Shown here in pieces: positions 52,409-60,734 of a stretch of DNA of 64,000 nt; position 1 is the stretch's first letter; each line of letters begins with the position of its first letter. The stretch is from contig CAJUBP010000020.1 of assembly GCA_910584585.1 (NCBI GenBank), forward strand, positions 881 through 64,880. Direction: 5' to 3'. A program made the translations under genes and the position numbers. A model generated the notes under the pieces. The model searched no databases. It saw only the letters and a program-made list of their open reading frames with translations, and was not told where the DNA came from. Source of the stretch: an uncultured Lachnospiraceae bacterium. GTDB lineage: Bacteria; Bacillota; Clostridia; Lachnospirales; Lachnospiraceae.

Positions 52409-55051
52409 ATGGCAGGCATTGTGCAGTTCGTTTCTTTTGTGGAGGAAGGGACTGTTATAACAGAGGACGGCATTGAGAAGAAGGTAAGCAAAGACGGCTC
52501 TGTTACGCTGGAAGAAACAGAAAACGGATGGCTGCTGCGGGCGAACCGCGTTTACGGAAGCACGGAACTTTCCGTAACAGGCATGGCAGCAGGAGAGACT
52601 CCTGCATCACCGGATGAAGCTGTCCGAAAGGAAACAACGAAAGTCACAGTAAATGTCACAGATAAAACATATCATCTTGACGTTGGTTCTGAGACAGGAA
52701 TCAATCAGCTGCACCCAGGAGAAAGCATTGATTTGCGGGCGGAGTTTTATTTGGAATGCTGGAATGAAGAAGAACAGTACCATTATCAGGAAGAAGTCCA
52801 AAATGCAGAAATTATCTGGCGGGCGGAATCTGATCGAGAAGGCGTTGACCAATCAGAGAAAACAGGGAACAGTTATCATCTGGAAGCGCCGGACAGTGAG
52901 GAAGATTATGAAATCCATGTGAATGTCACAGCCAAAGCAGATGGGAAAGCAGCGGCGTCTTTGGGATATGACCTGTACGCGTCAGGGGAATTTTATGTGC
53001 TGGAACCCGGCAATCTGGAAGAAGCGTCAGAACTGTGGGCCGGGCAGACAACAGAAGCCGCGCCTCAGGTATATTTACATAAAAAAGGCGAGGGAGAAAA
53101 AGAAGTAAATAATGTCTCCTACAGGTTTGACTATAACCAGGAGAATTTTGAGATTCAAAAAGAAAATAACCCAGTAGGAAATGGAGAGCAGCAAACCGGC
53201 GGAACCTTTCAAATTAAAAAGCGGAATAATTTTGATGACAGGGTGCGGATCGAGGCGTTTCTGGATGGAGAGGAAGAGCCTTGCTGCGACAGGGAATGGT
53301 GGTTTCAGAGACAGGATTATGATGGGGAGCTTTCCCTGGAAGGCGGCAGAGAAGAATATTACAGCTGGATTTATGTAGATCAGGATGAAAGTGAAAATGA
53401 TGAAGAAGAAGCCAGAACCTTTGCCTTAAATATGGGGAAGATTCAGGGCAGTTATGATATTATATGGGAAATTGGTTTCGGCAACAGCGATGAGGAAGGC
53501 AATTTTGAGAAAACTGCTTCTGAAAATGTCTATACCACCTCAGAAGATAAGAAACAAATTACGATCAAGGGGAAAGAATTAAAGGAAGAGATAAGAGCCG
53601 GGCTGAATATGGCAGAAGATGACGGCAGTGATGTGGGATTCAATCTTCGCGCAATTGTCTGCGCAGGAGAAGGAGAAGAGCAGGCTCGCAGAGATATGTG
53701 GATTGAAATCCGCAGGCCTCGCTATGAATTGGACTATGCGGATGAGGCTATGCTGTCCGTGGATCGTGGAATTGTAAAGGCGAAGGAGCAGCTTGGCGAT
53801 ACGGGATTCCATATAGTGGTTTCCGTACCTCAGACAGGAGGAGATCCTTATGAACGTTGGGAATGGATTCCTGTTTTTATCGCGGAACGCTATTATCAGG
53901 TATCTGCCCAGGATATGACGGCGGCGCCCGGAGAGAAGATAGACGCCGTTCACTGGCGGTGGAACCGGTTTGATTTGGATCACAGAGACGGGCTCCTGGA
54001 GCCTGGAACAGGGACTTATCGGGTAGAAGAGACAGAATGGATTCAGGTGAATCCGGCAGGAACGGGATTTACCATAGACGCCAACGCGCCTGACGGAGAA
54101 AAAATAGAAGTTTGGCTGACAGCGGAAAAGCAAGAAGCGCAGGGAGAGCAGATCAGCGAAACCGGAAGCTTTATCTTGACCATATGTAATCATAATTTTG
54201 TCCAGAAATCCTTAACAGCGGCCACCTGCACAGAAGCGGGAACCAGGGTGTTAGAGTGCGATAAATGCCATACTGCCACGAAGACGGAAACTCTCCCGGC
54301 AGCCGGCCATAAACCGGGAAGTTTTACAACTATAAAAGCAGCCACCTGTACAGAAGCAGGCTCCCAGCAGCAGAAATGCACTGTATGCGGCAAGGTGATG
54401 AACACAAAAGATCTTCCCAAAACCGGACATTCTTTCGGGGACTGGAAAGAGACAGAAAAGCCCACCGCCCTTAAGCAGGGAACAGAAACCAGAACCTGCA
54501 AAACCTGCAATGCGGCGGAAACCAGGAAAACTGAGAAACTGAAAGCGACCATTAAACTGAATGTAAAGAAAATCCCCCTGCAGGTAAAGAAATCAACCAC
54601 AGCCGTGAAAGTTGTTTCCATGACAGAAGGAGACGATATCGCCTCCTGGAAGAGCAGCAATCCGAAGGTGGCAGCAGTAACTTCCAAGGGAAAAATAACA
54701 GGAAAGAAAGCAGGAACTGCCAAGATTACCGTAACCTTAAAGAGCGGTATTTCCGCTTCTGTGACTGTGAAAGTGCAGAAGAAGGCAGTGACTACAACGA
54801 AATTGTCTGTCACGGGGAAAGCTTTAAAGAAGAACAAGCTTACTTTGAAAAAGGGAAAGAGCGTAACGCTGACTGCCGTACGGACCCCTGTCACCAGCAC
54901 GGAGAAAATTACTTATAAATCTTCCAATAAAAAGATAGCCGCAGTAACCAGCAAAGGAAAAGTCACCGGGAAAAAGCCGGGGAAAGCAAAGATCACCGTG
55001 AAATCCGGCAAGAAGAAAGTGGCAATCAGCGTAACCGTAAAGAAGAAATAG
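52409..55051 (+). CDS. Paralog of the 47448 surface protein lacking the signal peptide and ~120 N-terminal residues. Possibly a pseudogene or silent copy.
   Basis: 880 aa. The last ~300 aa are ~90% identical by eye to the 47448 product. The N-terminus MAGIVQFVSFVEEG has no signal sequence. Confidence 0.65.
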   Translation: MAGIVQFVSFVEEGTVITEDGIEKKVSKDGSVTLEETENGWLLRANRVYGSTELSVTGMAAGETPASPDEAVRKETTKVTVNVTDKTYHLDVGSETGINQLHPGESIDLRAEFYLECWNEEEQYHYQEEVQNAEIIWRAESDREGVDQSEKTGNSYHLEAPDSEEDYEIHVNVTAKADGKAAASLGYDLYASGEFYVLEPGNLEEASELWAGQTTEAAPQVYLHKKGEGEKEVNNVSYRFDYNQENFEIQKENNPVGNGEQQTGGTFQIKKRNNFDDRVRIEAFLDGEEEPCCDREWWFQRQDYDGELSLEGGREEYYSWIYVDQDESENDEEEARTFALNMGKIQGSYDIIWEIGFGNSDEEGNFEKTASENVYTTSEDKKQITIKGKELKEEIRAGLNMAEDDGSDVGFNLRAIVCAGEGEEQARRDMWIEIRRPRYELDYADEAMLSVDRGIVKAKEQLGDTGFHIVVSVPQTGGDPYERWEWIPVFIAERYYQVSAQDMTAAPGEKIDAVHWRWNRFDLDHRDGLLEPGTGTYRVEETEWIQVNPAGTGFTIDANAPDGEKIEVWLTAEKQEAQGEQISETGSFILTICNHNFVQKSLTAATCTEAGTRVLECDKCHTATKTETLPAAGHKPGSFTTIKAATCTEAGSQQQKCTVCGKVMNTKDLPKTGHSFGDWKETEKPTALKQGTETRTCKTCNAAETRKTEKLKATIKLNVKKIPLQVKKSTTAVKVVSMTEGDDIASWKSSNPKVAAVTSKGKITGKKAGTAKITVTLKSGISASVTVKVQKKAVTTTKLSVTGKALKKNKLTLKKGKSVTLTAVRTPVTSTEKITYKSSNKKIAAVTSKGKVTGKKPGKAKITVKSGKKKVAISVTVKKK

Positions 55052-55065
55052 CTATTTTTTAGAAA

Positions 55066-55118
55066 AGAAGCAAATCCCCGGACCGTACTGCTGTACAGTT
55101 TGGGGATTCTTCTTTTTT
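55066..55118 (+). terminator. Intrinsic terminator, paralogous to 50864..50922
   Basis: GAAGCAAATCCCC...TGGGGATTCTTCTTTTTT. Confidence 0.7.
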
Positions 55119-55234
55119 GAGGCTTCCTCGTCTCTGGCATTAAGAAATATAAAAAAACTGGATATACTAAATTTTTTCCCCAAGGGTTATGATAGCAAAA
55201 TGAAATAATATGTCTAATAGAAAGAAGGAAGCTT

Positions 55235-56365
55235 ATGTACAAGATTATGACGCCTGGTCCGACCCAGGTCAGAGAGAATATCCGCCTTGCAAGAGCCCAA
55301 GAATGCACCAATCCGGATCTGGATGAATCATTTGTGGAGTTTTACAGGGAGACCTGCCGGCAGATCAGCCGGCTGCTTCACACAGAAAACGAAACCCTGA
55401 TTCTGGGCGGAGAGGGAATTCTGGGATTAGAAGCCGCCTGCGCCTCCCTGACAGAGCCGGGAGATCGGGTGCTGGTGTTAGATAATGGAATCTATGGAAA
55501 AGGGTTTGCGGATTTTGTCTCCATGTACGGCGGAGAACCTGTGATGTATACCGTGGATGACAAAAACCCCATCGATCCCCGGGCATTGGAGGAATTTCTG
55601 AAAGAAAACCACGACTATAAATACGCTACCCTGGTGCACTGCGATACGCCCAGCGGCATGCTCAATGACATCCACAGCCTTTGCCCCATTCTGGGAAAGT
55701 ATGGAATTCTCACAGTTGTGGATTCCGTTTCCGCCATGTTCGGAGAAGAATTGGACGTGGATCGGGCCGGCATTGACCTGCTGTGCGGCGGTTCCCAGAA
55801 AGCAGTTTCCGCGCCTCCGGGACTGACTTTTGTGACTGTCAGCGAAAAAGCGAAGAAAGCCATGGCAGAGCGGAAAACGCCCATTGCTTCCTTTTATGCC
55901 AACCTGAAAATGTTTGAGGGCTATTATGAGGCAAAATGGTTCCCGTATACCATGCCCATCAGCGATATTTACGGGCTGCGGCAGGCATTTGACAATATTG
56001 AACAGGATAAGGAAATGCTGGCGCGACACGCAAAGATCGGAAACGCCTGCCGGCAGGCGTTGACGGAGGCTGGGATTAAGCTTCATTTGGAACAGGGATT
56101 TTCCAATACGGTAACTGTTTTTGATGTGCCCAAGGAAACCACAGCCCAAGAAATTCTGAATATGATGCGGGAAGAGCATAACATTATGCTGGCAGGTTCC
56201 TTTGACAGCCTGGCCGGCCAGGTGATCCGCATCGGCCACATGGGGAGCAATGCCAATATGGCGGATATGACAGAGACCATGGAAGCCCTGGAACAGACCT
56301 TAAAGAAACTGGGCGTGCCTCTGAAATGCCCGTTAAAGGACAGATTTTGTGAATTGGCGGATTGA
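55235..56365 (+). CDS. Class V aminotransferase (serine-pyruvate / alanine-glyoxylate aminotransferase family)
   Basis: 376 aa. N-terminal MTPGPT and GGSQKA (PLP-Lys region). Confidence 0.75.
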   Translation: MYKIMTPGPTQVRENIRLARAQECTNPDLDESFVEFYRETCRQISRLLHTENETLILGGEGILGLEAACASLTEPGDRVLVLDNGIYGKGFADFVSMYGGEPVMYTVDDKNPIDPRALEEFLKENHDYKYATLVHCDTPSGMLNDIHSLCPILGKYGILTVVDSVSAMFGEELDVDRAGIDLLCGGSQKAVSAPPGLTFVTVSEKAKKAMAERKTPIASFYANLKMFEGYYEAKWFPYTMPISDIYGLRQAFDNIEQDKEMLARHAKIGNACRQALTEAGIKLHLEQGFSNTVTVFDVPKETTAQEILNMMREEHNIMLAGSFDSLAGQVIRIGHMGSNANMADMTETMEALEQTLKKLGVPLKCPLKDRFCELAD

Positions 56366-56390
56366 CAGAAAGCAGATATTGTGAGATAGT
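56362..56390 (+). promoter_or_regulatory. Candidate nadA promoter
   Basis: TTGACA, 17-nt spacer ending TGA, then GATAGT. It would give a ~150-nt leader. Confidence 0.35.
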
Positions 56391-56410
56391 AAGCAAGAGA
56401 GAAAGCCCGG

Positions 56411-56511
56411 CTGCGCGTCGGTTGCGGAATCCGAAACGGTGCGGAGAATCTTAGAGCACAGGAAGGGAAACCTGACTGTGCGTCGGTTGCGGAATCCGGA
56501 TTAGCGCAGAG
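56411..56511 (+). promoter_or_regulatory. Two tandem hairpin domains in the nadA leader (candidate cis-regulatory RNA)
   Basis: A 19-nt identical core GCGTCGGTTGCGGAATCCG occurs at 56415 and 56479. The flanking 6-bp stems CTGCGC/GTGCGG and CTGTGC/GCGCAG differ at three pairs but stay paired. Confidence 0.45.
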
Positions 56512-56547
56512 GGCAGGAAAACTCAGGAAAAGAAAGCAGGAGCGGAT

Positions 56548-57453
56548 ATGTCAATCTTAGATACGATTAATCAACTGAAAAAAGAGCGTGACGCAGTGAT
56601 TTTGGCTCACTATTATGTCAATGATGAAGTGCAGGCAATTGCGGATTATGTGGGGGATTCTTTTTACCTCAGCAAGGTTGCGGCAACGGTGGAGGCAAAG
56701 ACTATTTTATTTTGCGGCGTCTCCTTTATGGGAGAGAGCGCCAAGATTCTCAATCCTGAGAAGACAGTGATCATGCCTGACATGGCGGCGGACTGTCCCA
56801 TGGCCCATATGGCGGATATCGGGAAAATCAAACAGGTGCGGGAAGAATATAAAGATGTGGCTGTGGTTTGTTATATCAACTCCACGGCGGAATTAAAGAC
56901 TTATTCCGATGTGTGCGTTACCTCGTCCAATGCCCTTAAAATAGTAAAAGCATTGCCCAATCAGCATATTTTCTTTATTCCGGATGAACATCTGGGGCGG
57001 TATGTGGCGTCCCAGGCGCCGGACAAGCATTTTATATTCAATGACGGTTTCTGCCATGTACATAAAGAAATTACCCCGGAAAGCGTTGCCAGAACCAAAA
57101 AGGCGCACCCCGGCGCAGAAGTGCTGGCGCATCCGGAATGCACCATGGAAGTGACTGCTCAGGCAGATTATGTGGGAAGCACCTCCGGGATTATTGATTA
57201 CGCAACAAAAAGCAGCGCGGAGGAATTTATTATCTGTACGGAGTTGGGCGTACTCTATGAACTGAAATCAAAGAATCCGGGCAAGAAGTTTTATCCTGCC
57301 GGAGATGCCCAGTGCTGCCCGGATATGAAGCTCATCACACTGGAAAAGGTGGCAGACGCATTGAAGCAGATGACAAATACCGTTGAAATGGAAGAAGAAA
57401 TGAGGCTTCGGGCCAACAAACCTCTGGAACGGATGCTGGAATTGGGCTCATGA
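56548..57453 (+). CDS. nadA: Quinolinate synthase
   Basis: 301 aa. ILAHYY, FCGVSFMGE and INSTAELK motifs typical of NadA. Confidence 0.9.
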   Translation: MSILDTINQLKKERDAVILAHYYVNDEVQAIADYVGDSFYLSKVAATVEAKTILFCGVSFMGESAKILNPEKTVIMPDMAADCPMAHMADIGKIKQVREEYKDVAVVCYINSTAELKTYSDVCVTSSNALKIVKALPNQHIFFIPDEHLGRYVASQAPDKHFIFNDGFCHVHKEITPESVARTKKAHPGAEVLAHPECTMEVTAQADYVGSTSGIIDYATKSSAEEFIICTELGVLYELKSKNPGKKFYPAGDAQCCPDMKLITLEKVADALKQMTNTVEMEEEMRLRANKPLERMLELGS

Positions 57454-57454
57454 T

Positions 57455-58165
57455 TTATTTGGAAGGCTTTTCTCCCATTCTGCCGTGGAGATAGCGGGCA
57501 AAATACACAAAAGGCGTATCCGCCAGGCTGGTGACCAGGAAAATTACATAGCTGGACAGAGCAATGGACAGAAGCGTTGCGGTATTGTGGGTGCCCAGGA
57601 ATGCGCCGAAGGTAAATAAAACCGTATTCAGAAGCTGGGATATCATGGTGGAACCGTTGTTTCTCAGCCACAGGAATTTTTTCCGGTCGCCGAATTTTTT
57701 CTCAGTGAACGCCCACCACTTATGATAGGCCCAGACGTCAAACAGCTGAACAATCACATAAACTGCAATGCCCACAAGCATAAGCCTGGGAGTGTTGGAG
57801 AATACGGTGCAGATGGCAGGGGAGGCAAAGTCATTTTCATTGGGGCGGTACAGCATCCAGGACTGGCTGATGACAACGAAAATGACAGAGGTCGCGATGC
57901 CCAGATAAACGGCCTTTTGCGCAGATTTTTTCCCGTAAAGCTCACTTAAAATGTCGGTGATCAGAAACGTGGAGGCAAACAGGATATTGCCCAATGTCAT
58001 TTCCATTCCGAAGGCGGTAACCACAATCAGAACCTCGATATTGGCTGCAATTGTGGCGACTATGGTCCACAAATAAAGGCCCTGTTCCTGAAAGAGATAG
58101 AACAAAACCAGGACTGCGGAAAAGGTAACAATTAAAGATACAAGCAATAAAATTTCATTCTGCAT
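57455..58165 (-). CDS. yhhQ: Queuosine-precursor transporter, YhhQ/DUF165 (VUT) family
   Basis: Polytopic protein with FASTFLITDILSELYG and WLRNNGSTMISQLLNT motifs. Start taken at ATG 58165, 9 nt after GGAGGCG. Confidence 0.75.
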   Translation of the reverse strand: MQNEILLLVSLIVTFSAVLVLFYLFQEQGLYLWTIVATIAANIEVLIVVTAFGMEMTLGNILFASTFLITDILSELYGKKSAQKAVYLGIATSVIFVVISQSWMLYRPNENDFASPAICTVFSNTPRLMLVGIAVYVIVQLFDVWAYHKWWAFTEKKFGDRKKFLWLRNNGSTMISQLLNTVLFTFGAFLGTHNTATLLSIALSSYVIFLVTSLADTPFVYFARYLHGRMGEKPSK

Positions 58166-58889
58166 GAGTGACAACGCCTCCTACGCCGAAAGCAGTATTT
58201 TCCATTAAAATATCTACCCGGCAGTTTTCAATATATTTTGGATATAGTTTCTGGGAAAAAATGCGGATCACCTCTGGATCCGGCTTGACGGGCTTGCCGT
58301 TTTCCTGCATAATATTGACGCAGACCCGCTCAAAATATTTAAGGCCGGTTTGGATATCAGAATCCATGCTCTCGGCCGTCTGTCCTGGAATGCCCTGCAG
58401 GAGACAGACCTCATCAAAATATTCGGCAATTTCTTCCGGAGAATCCGCCGTAATTCCCTTATCCAGATAGCTTTCCCGAAACAGAGAATCAAAAGTTTCC
58501 ACGCCGGTTTTTATTTTTAATTCAATTCCATGGGCGGCAAACTGTTTCCGGAAATCAGCAATTTCAGCTCTGTGCCGCCAGTGGCACTCAAAATGAACCT
58601 GCCCGATCTTCTGCTTGGAGCAGACTTGTTGGATCAGAGCCACAGTCTGTTTGTCCAGATCTACAAAACTGCCGGAATTAATCACCTCCAGCCTGCCGTG
58701 GATTCCGGTGACCTTTTCCAGCTGCTTCCGGTTTAAGGCAAAGTTTTCTGCCTCGTCTTTGGCAGAATCCAGGTGGTAATCGCAGAACCGGCACCGCCGC
58801 CAGGCGCAGCCCCGTCCCCGGAGCATTACAATTTCCCGGGGATTTTTTTCATCAATCACCGCATAGCGGTTAGGATTAAAATCTTTCAT
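58155..58889 (-). CDS. Radical SAM-like protein, possibly a queuine-lyase-type salvage enzyme (context only)
   Basis: Cys cluster GCAWRRCRFCDY near the N-terminus. Sits in an operon with yhhQ behind a preQ1 riboswitch. Confidence 0.5.
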   Translation of the reverse strand: MKDFNPNRYAVIDEKNPREIVMLRGRGCAWRRCRFCDYHLDSAKDEAENFALNRKQLEKVTGIHGRLEVINSGSFVDLDKQTVALIQQVCSKQKIGQVHFECHWRHRAEIADFRKQFAAHGIELKIKTGVETFDSLFRESYLDKGITADSPEEIAEYFDEVCLLQGIPGQTAESMDSDIQTGLKYFERVCVNIMQENGKPVKPDPEVIRIFSQKLYPKYIENCRVDILMENTAFGVGGVVTHAE

Positions 58890-58929
58890 AGTCAGCTCCT
58901 TTCTGAAAGTGTGTCAGGGAATATTTTTC

Positions 58930-58957
58930 ATAAAAAATGAGCACGCAGAACGTGCCC
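58930..58957 (-). terminator. Intrinsic terminator acting as the preQ1 riboswitch expression platform
   Basis: On the minus strand: GGGCACGTTCTGCGTGCTC followed by ATTTTTTAT, about 40 nt upstream of the radical SAM start. Confidence 0.65.
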
Positions 58958-59017
58958 AAAGAAAAGAACGGGATATTCCTGCTAAGATACGCGCAGAATA
59001 GTTCCGTTCCGACAATT

Positions 59018-59058
59018 CCCTAGTTTTGTTTAGAGACAGGATGGTCACGAACTGTCTT
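59018..59058 (-). promoter_or_regulatory. preQ1-I riboswitch aptamer
   Basis: Minus strand AGACAGUUCGUGACCAUCCUGUCUCUAAACAAAACUAGGG, compared with the recalled B. subtilis queC aptamer AGAGGUUCUAGCUACACCCUCUAUAAAAAACUAAGG. It has a 5-6 bp P1, a C before the 3' strand, and an A-rich tail ending ACUAGG. Confidence 0.7.
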
Positions 59059-59168
59059 ATGTAATTGATTCAGGCACAAAGGGAAGCATCAGCTTATGCA
59101 GCCAAACGCACAGCCCTCTGAGCAACAACGGTATTCTAGCATATCAAATTCCCAATTGCAAGAAAAAC

Positions 59169-59196
59169 TTGTGAAAATTTCATAAAGTGGTATAAT
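59169..59196 (+). promoter_or_regulatory. Candidate cbi operon promoter
   Basis: TTGTGA, 16-nt spacer ending TGG (extended -10), then TATAAT. Confidence 0.5.
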
Positions 59197-59210
59197 CATT
59201 ACCATGAGGA

Positions 59211-59423
59211 GGGACCCAGCCCAAATCAATACAGAATCCACAAAGTAGAAAGCTGGGAGGAGCCCTGATGGTTTACCCGTAGGGACCCAGCCCAAACCAA
59301 TACAGAATCCACAAAGTAGAAAGCTGGGAGGAGCCCTGATGGTTTACCCGTAGGGACCCAGCCCAAACCAATACAGAATCCACAAAGTAGAAAGCTGGGA
59401 GGAGCCCTGATGGTTTACTCGGA
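59211..59423 (+). repeat. Three tandem 71-nt repeats forming the cbiD leader
   Basis: Units at 59211, 59282 and 59353. Unit 1 differs from unit 2 by 1 nt. Unit 3 diverges only in its last ~8 nt, where it provides the cbiD RBS. Confidence 0.95.
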
Positions 59424-59435
59424 GGAACAAAATCA

Positions 59436-60656
59436 TTGACAGAATTAAACAATCCATCCCCCGGAGTTTCCCCATGGAAAACCGGTCTGGAGAATTACAG
59501 CAAAACCATAGACAATAAGAAGATGAGATTCGGCTACACCACCGGAAGCTGTGCCGCCGCAGCAGCGAAGGCAGCCGCTTACATGCTGCTGACCGGCCAG
59601 GAGACAGGCTGTGTCAATCTCATCACGCCGAAAGGAATTCAGCTGCATCTGGAAATCCATGATATCAGACAGGAACCGGAGGCTGTATCCTGCGCGGTTG
59701 AGAAGGACGCCGGCGATGATCCGGACATCACAAACGGAACCTGGATCTACGCCAGAGTCTCCAGGCAGAAAGAAAAGGGCATCCAAATAACCGGAGGCAC
59801 AGGCATCGGCATTGTCACAAAGCCCGGCCTGGAACAGCCGCCGGGCAGCTATGCCATCAACTCAGTGCCAAGGCAGATGATTGCAGAAGAACTGCGGCAG
59901 CTTTGCGCGCAGCAGGAGTATGCCGGAGGACTGAAGGTGGAATTATCCGTCCCCAGGGGGGAAGAACTGGCAGTACATACCTTCAATCCCAGGCTGGGCA
60001 TCGAAGGAGGAATTTCCATTTTAGGCACCACCGGGATTGTGGAGCCTATGAGCGAAGCTGCCCTTGTGTCCAGTATTCGTCTGGAGTTAAACCAGCAGAT
60101 CCAAAGCGGCAGAAAGAGCCTTCTGGTGACGCCGGGCAATTACGGACAGGATTTTTTGAAACAGAATCTGCCGGTTTCTCTGGAGAGGGCGGTCAAATGC
60201 AGTAATTTCATAGGGGAAACCATTGATATGGCCGCGGAACTTGGCGCGGAACGTATCCTGTTTGTCTCCCATATCGGGAAATTTATCAAAGTAGCGGGAG
60301 GAATTTTTCAGACCCATTCCCGGAACGCAGATGCCAGAATGGAGATTTTAACGGCAAACGCAGTACTGGCAGGGGCCGGGCAGCCGCTGCTTACAGAGCT
60401 GATGCAGGCGCTGACCACGGAAGAGGCCCTGCGTTTGTTGGAAGAAACAGGATATCTGGGAAAGACCATGGAACAGGTGACGCAACGCTTAGCTTACCAT
60501 CTGAACCGGAGAAGCTATGGAAAAATAGACTGCGGCGCCATTGTATTTTCCAGCGAATACGGGAAAAGAAATCACGGCAGCGGTGAGCTGGGGCGGACAG
60601 AAAACGCGGAAGTGATTCTGGAAAAAATTTTGACGCAGGATGGAGTACTAGGATGA
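59436..60656 (+). CDS. cbiD: Cobalt-precorrin-5B (C1)-methyltransferase
   Basis: 406 aa. GYTTGSCAAAAAKAA motif. TTG start after GGAGGA, with an alternative ATG at 59523. Confidence 0.85.
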   Translation: MTELNNPSPGVSPWKTGLENYSKTIDNKKMRFGYTTGSCAAAAAKAAAYMLLTGQETGCVNLITPKGIQLHLEIHDIRQEPEAVSCAVEKDAGDDPDITNGTWIYARVSRQKEKGIQITGGTGIGIVTKPGLEQPPGSYAINSVPRQMIAEELRQLCAQQEYAGGLKVELSVPRGEELAVHTFNPRLGIEGGISILGTTGIVEPMSEAALVSSIRLELNQQIQSGRKSLLVTPGNYGQDFLKQNLPVSLERAVKCSNFIGETIDMAAELGAERILFVSHIGKFIKVAGGIFQTHSRNADARMEILTANAVLAGAGQPLLTELMQALTTEEALRLLEETGYLGKTMEQVTQRLAYHLNRRSYGKIDCGAIVFSSEYGKRNHGSGELGRTENAEVILEKILTQDGVLG

Positions 60657-60734
60657 AAAGATAGAGTTTTGAAAAAAGGCTATTGCAAAAAGCAAAACAG
60701 AAAATACAGCAGGAAAAGGAGAAACAGAAGATTT

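Noticed and set aside
56457-56481. Inverted repeat CACAGG-N12-CTGTG between the two nadA leader domains, considered as a NiaR-type operator.
   Set aside because: I cannot reliably recall the NiaR consensus. The arms are only 5 nt, and no niaR/nadR/nrtR gene is in the window. It is left as an alternative explanation inside the nadA-leader finding.
59211-59423. Considered whether the three direct repeats upstream of cbiD could be a tiny CRISPR array.
   Set aside because: The 71-nt units abut one another with no unique spacers, no cas genes are nearby, and the units lie inside a mapped promoter-to-start-codon leader.
59100-59435. Looked for the cobalamin (AdoCbl) riboswitch expected in front of a cbi operon.
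   Set aside because: No B12-box-like GCCACUG core or the flanking conserved GGUG/GGGAAG-type elements that I recognise are present. The absence should still be confirmed with a covariance model.
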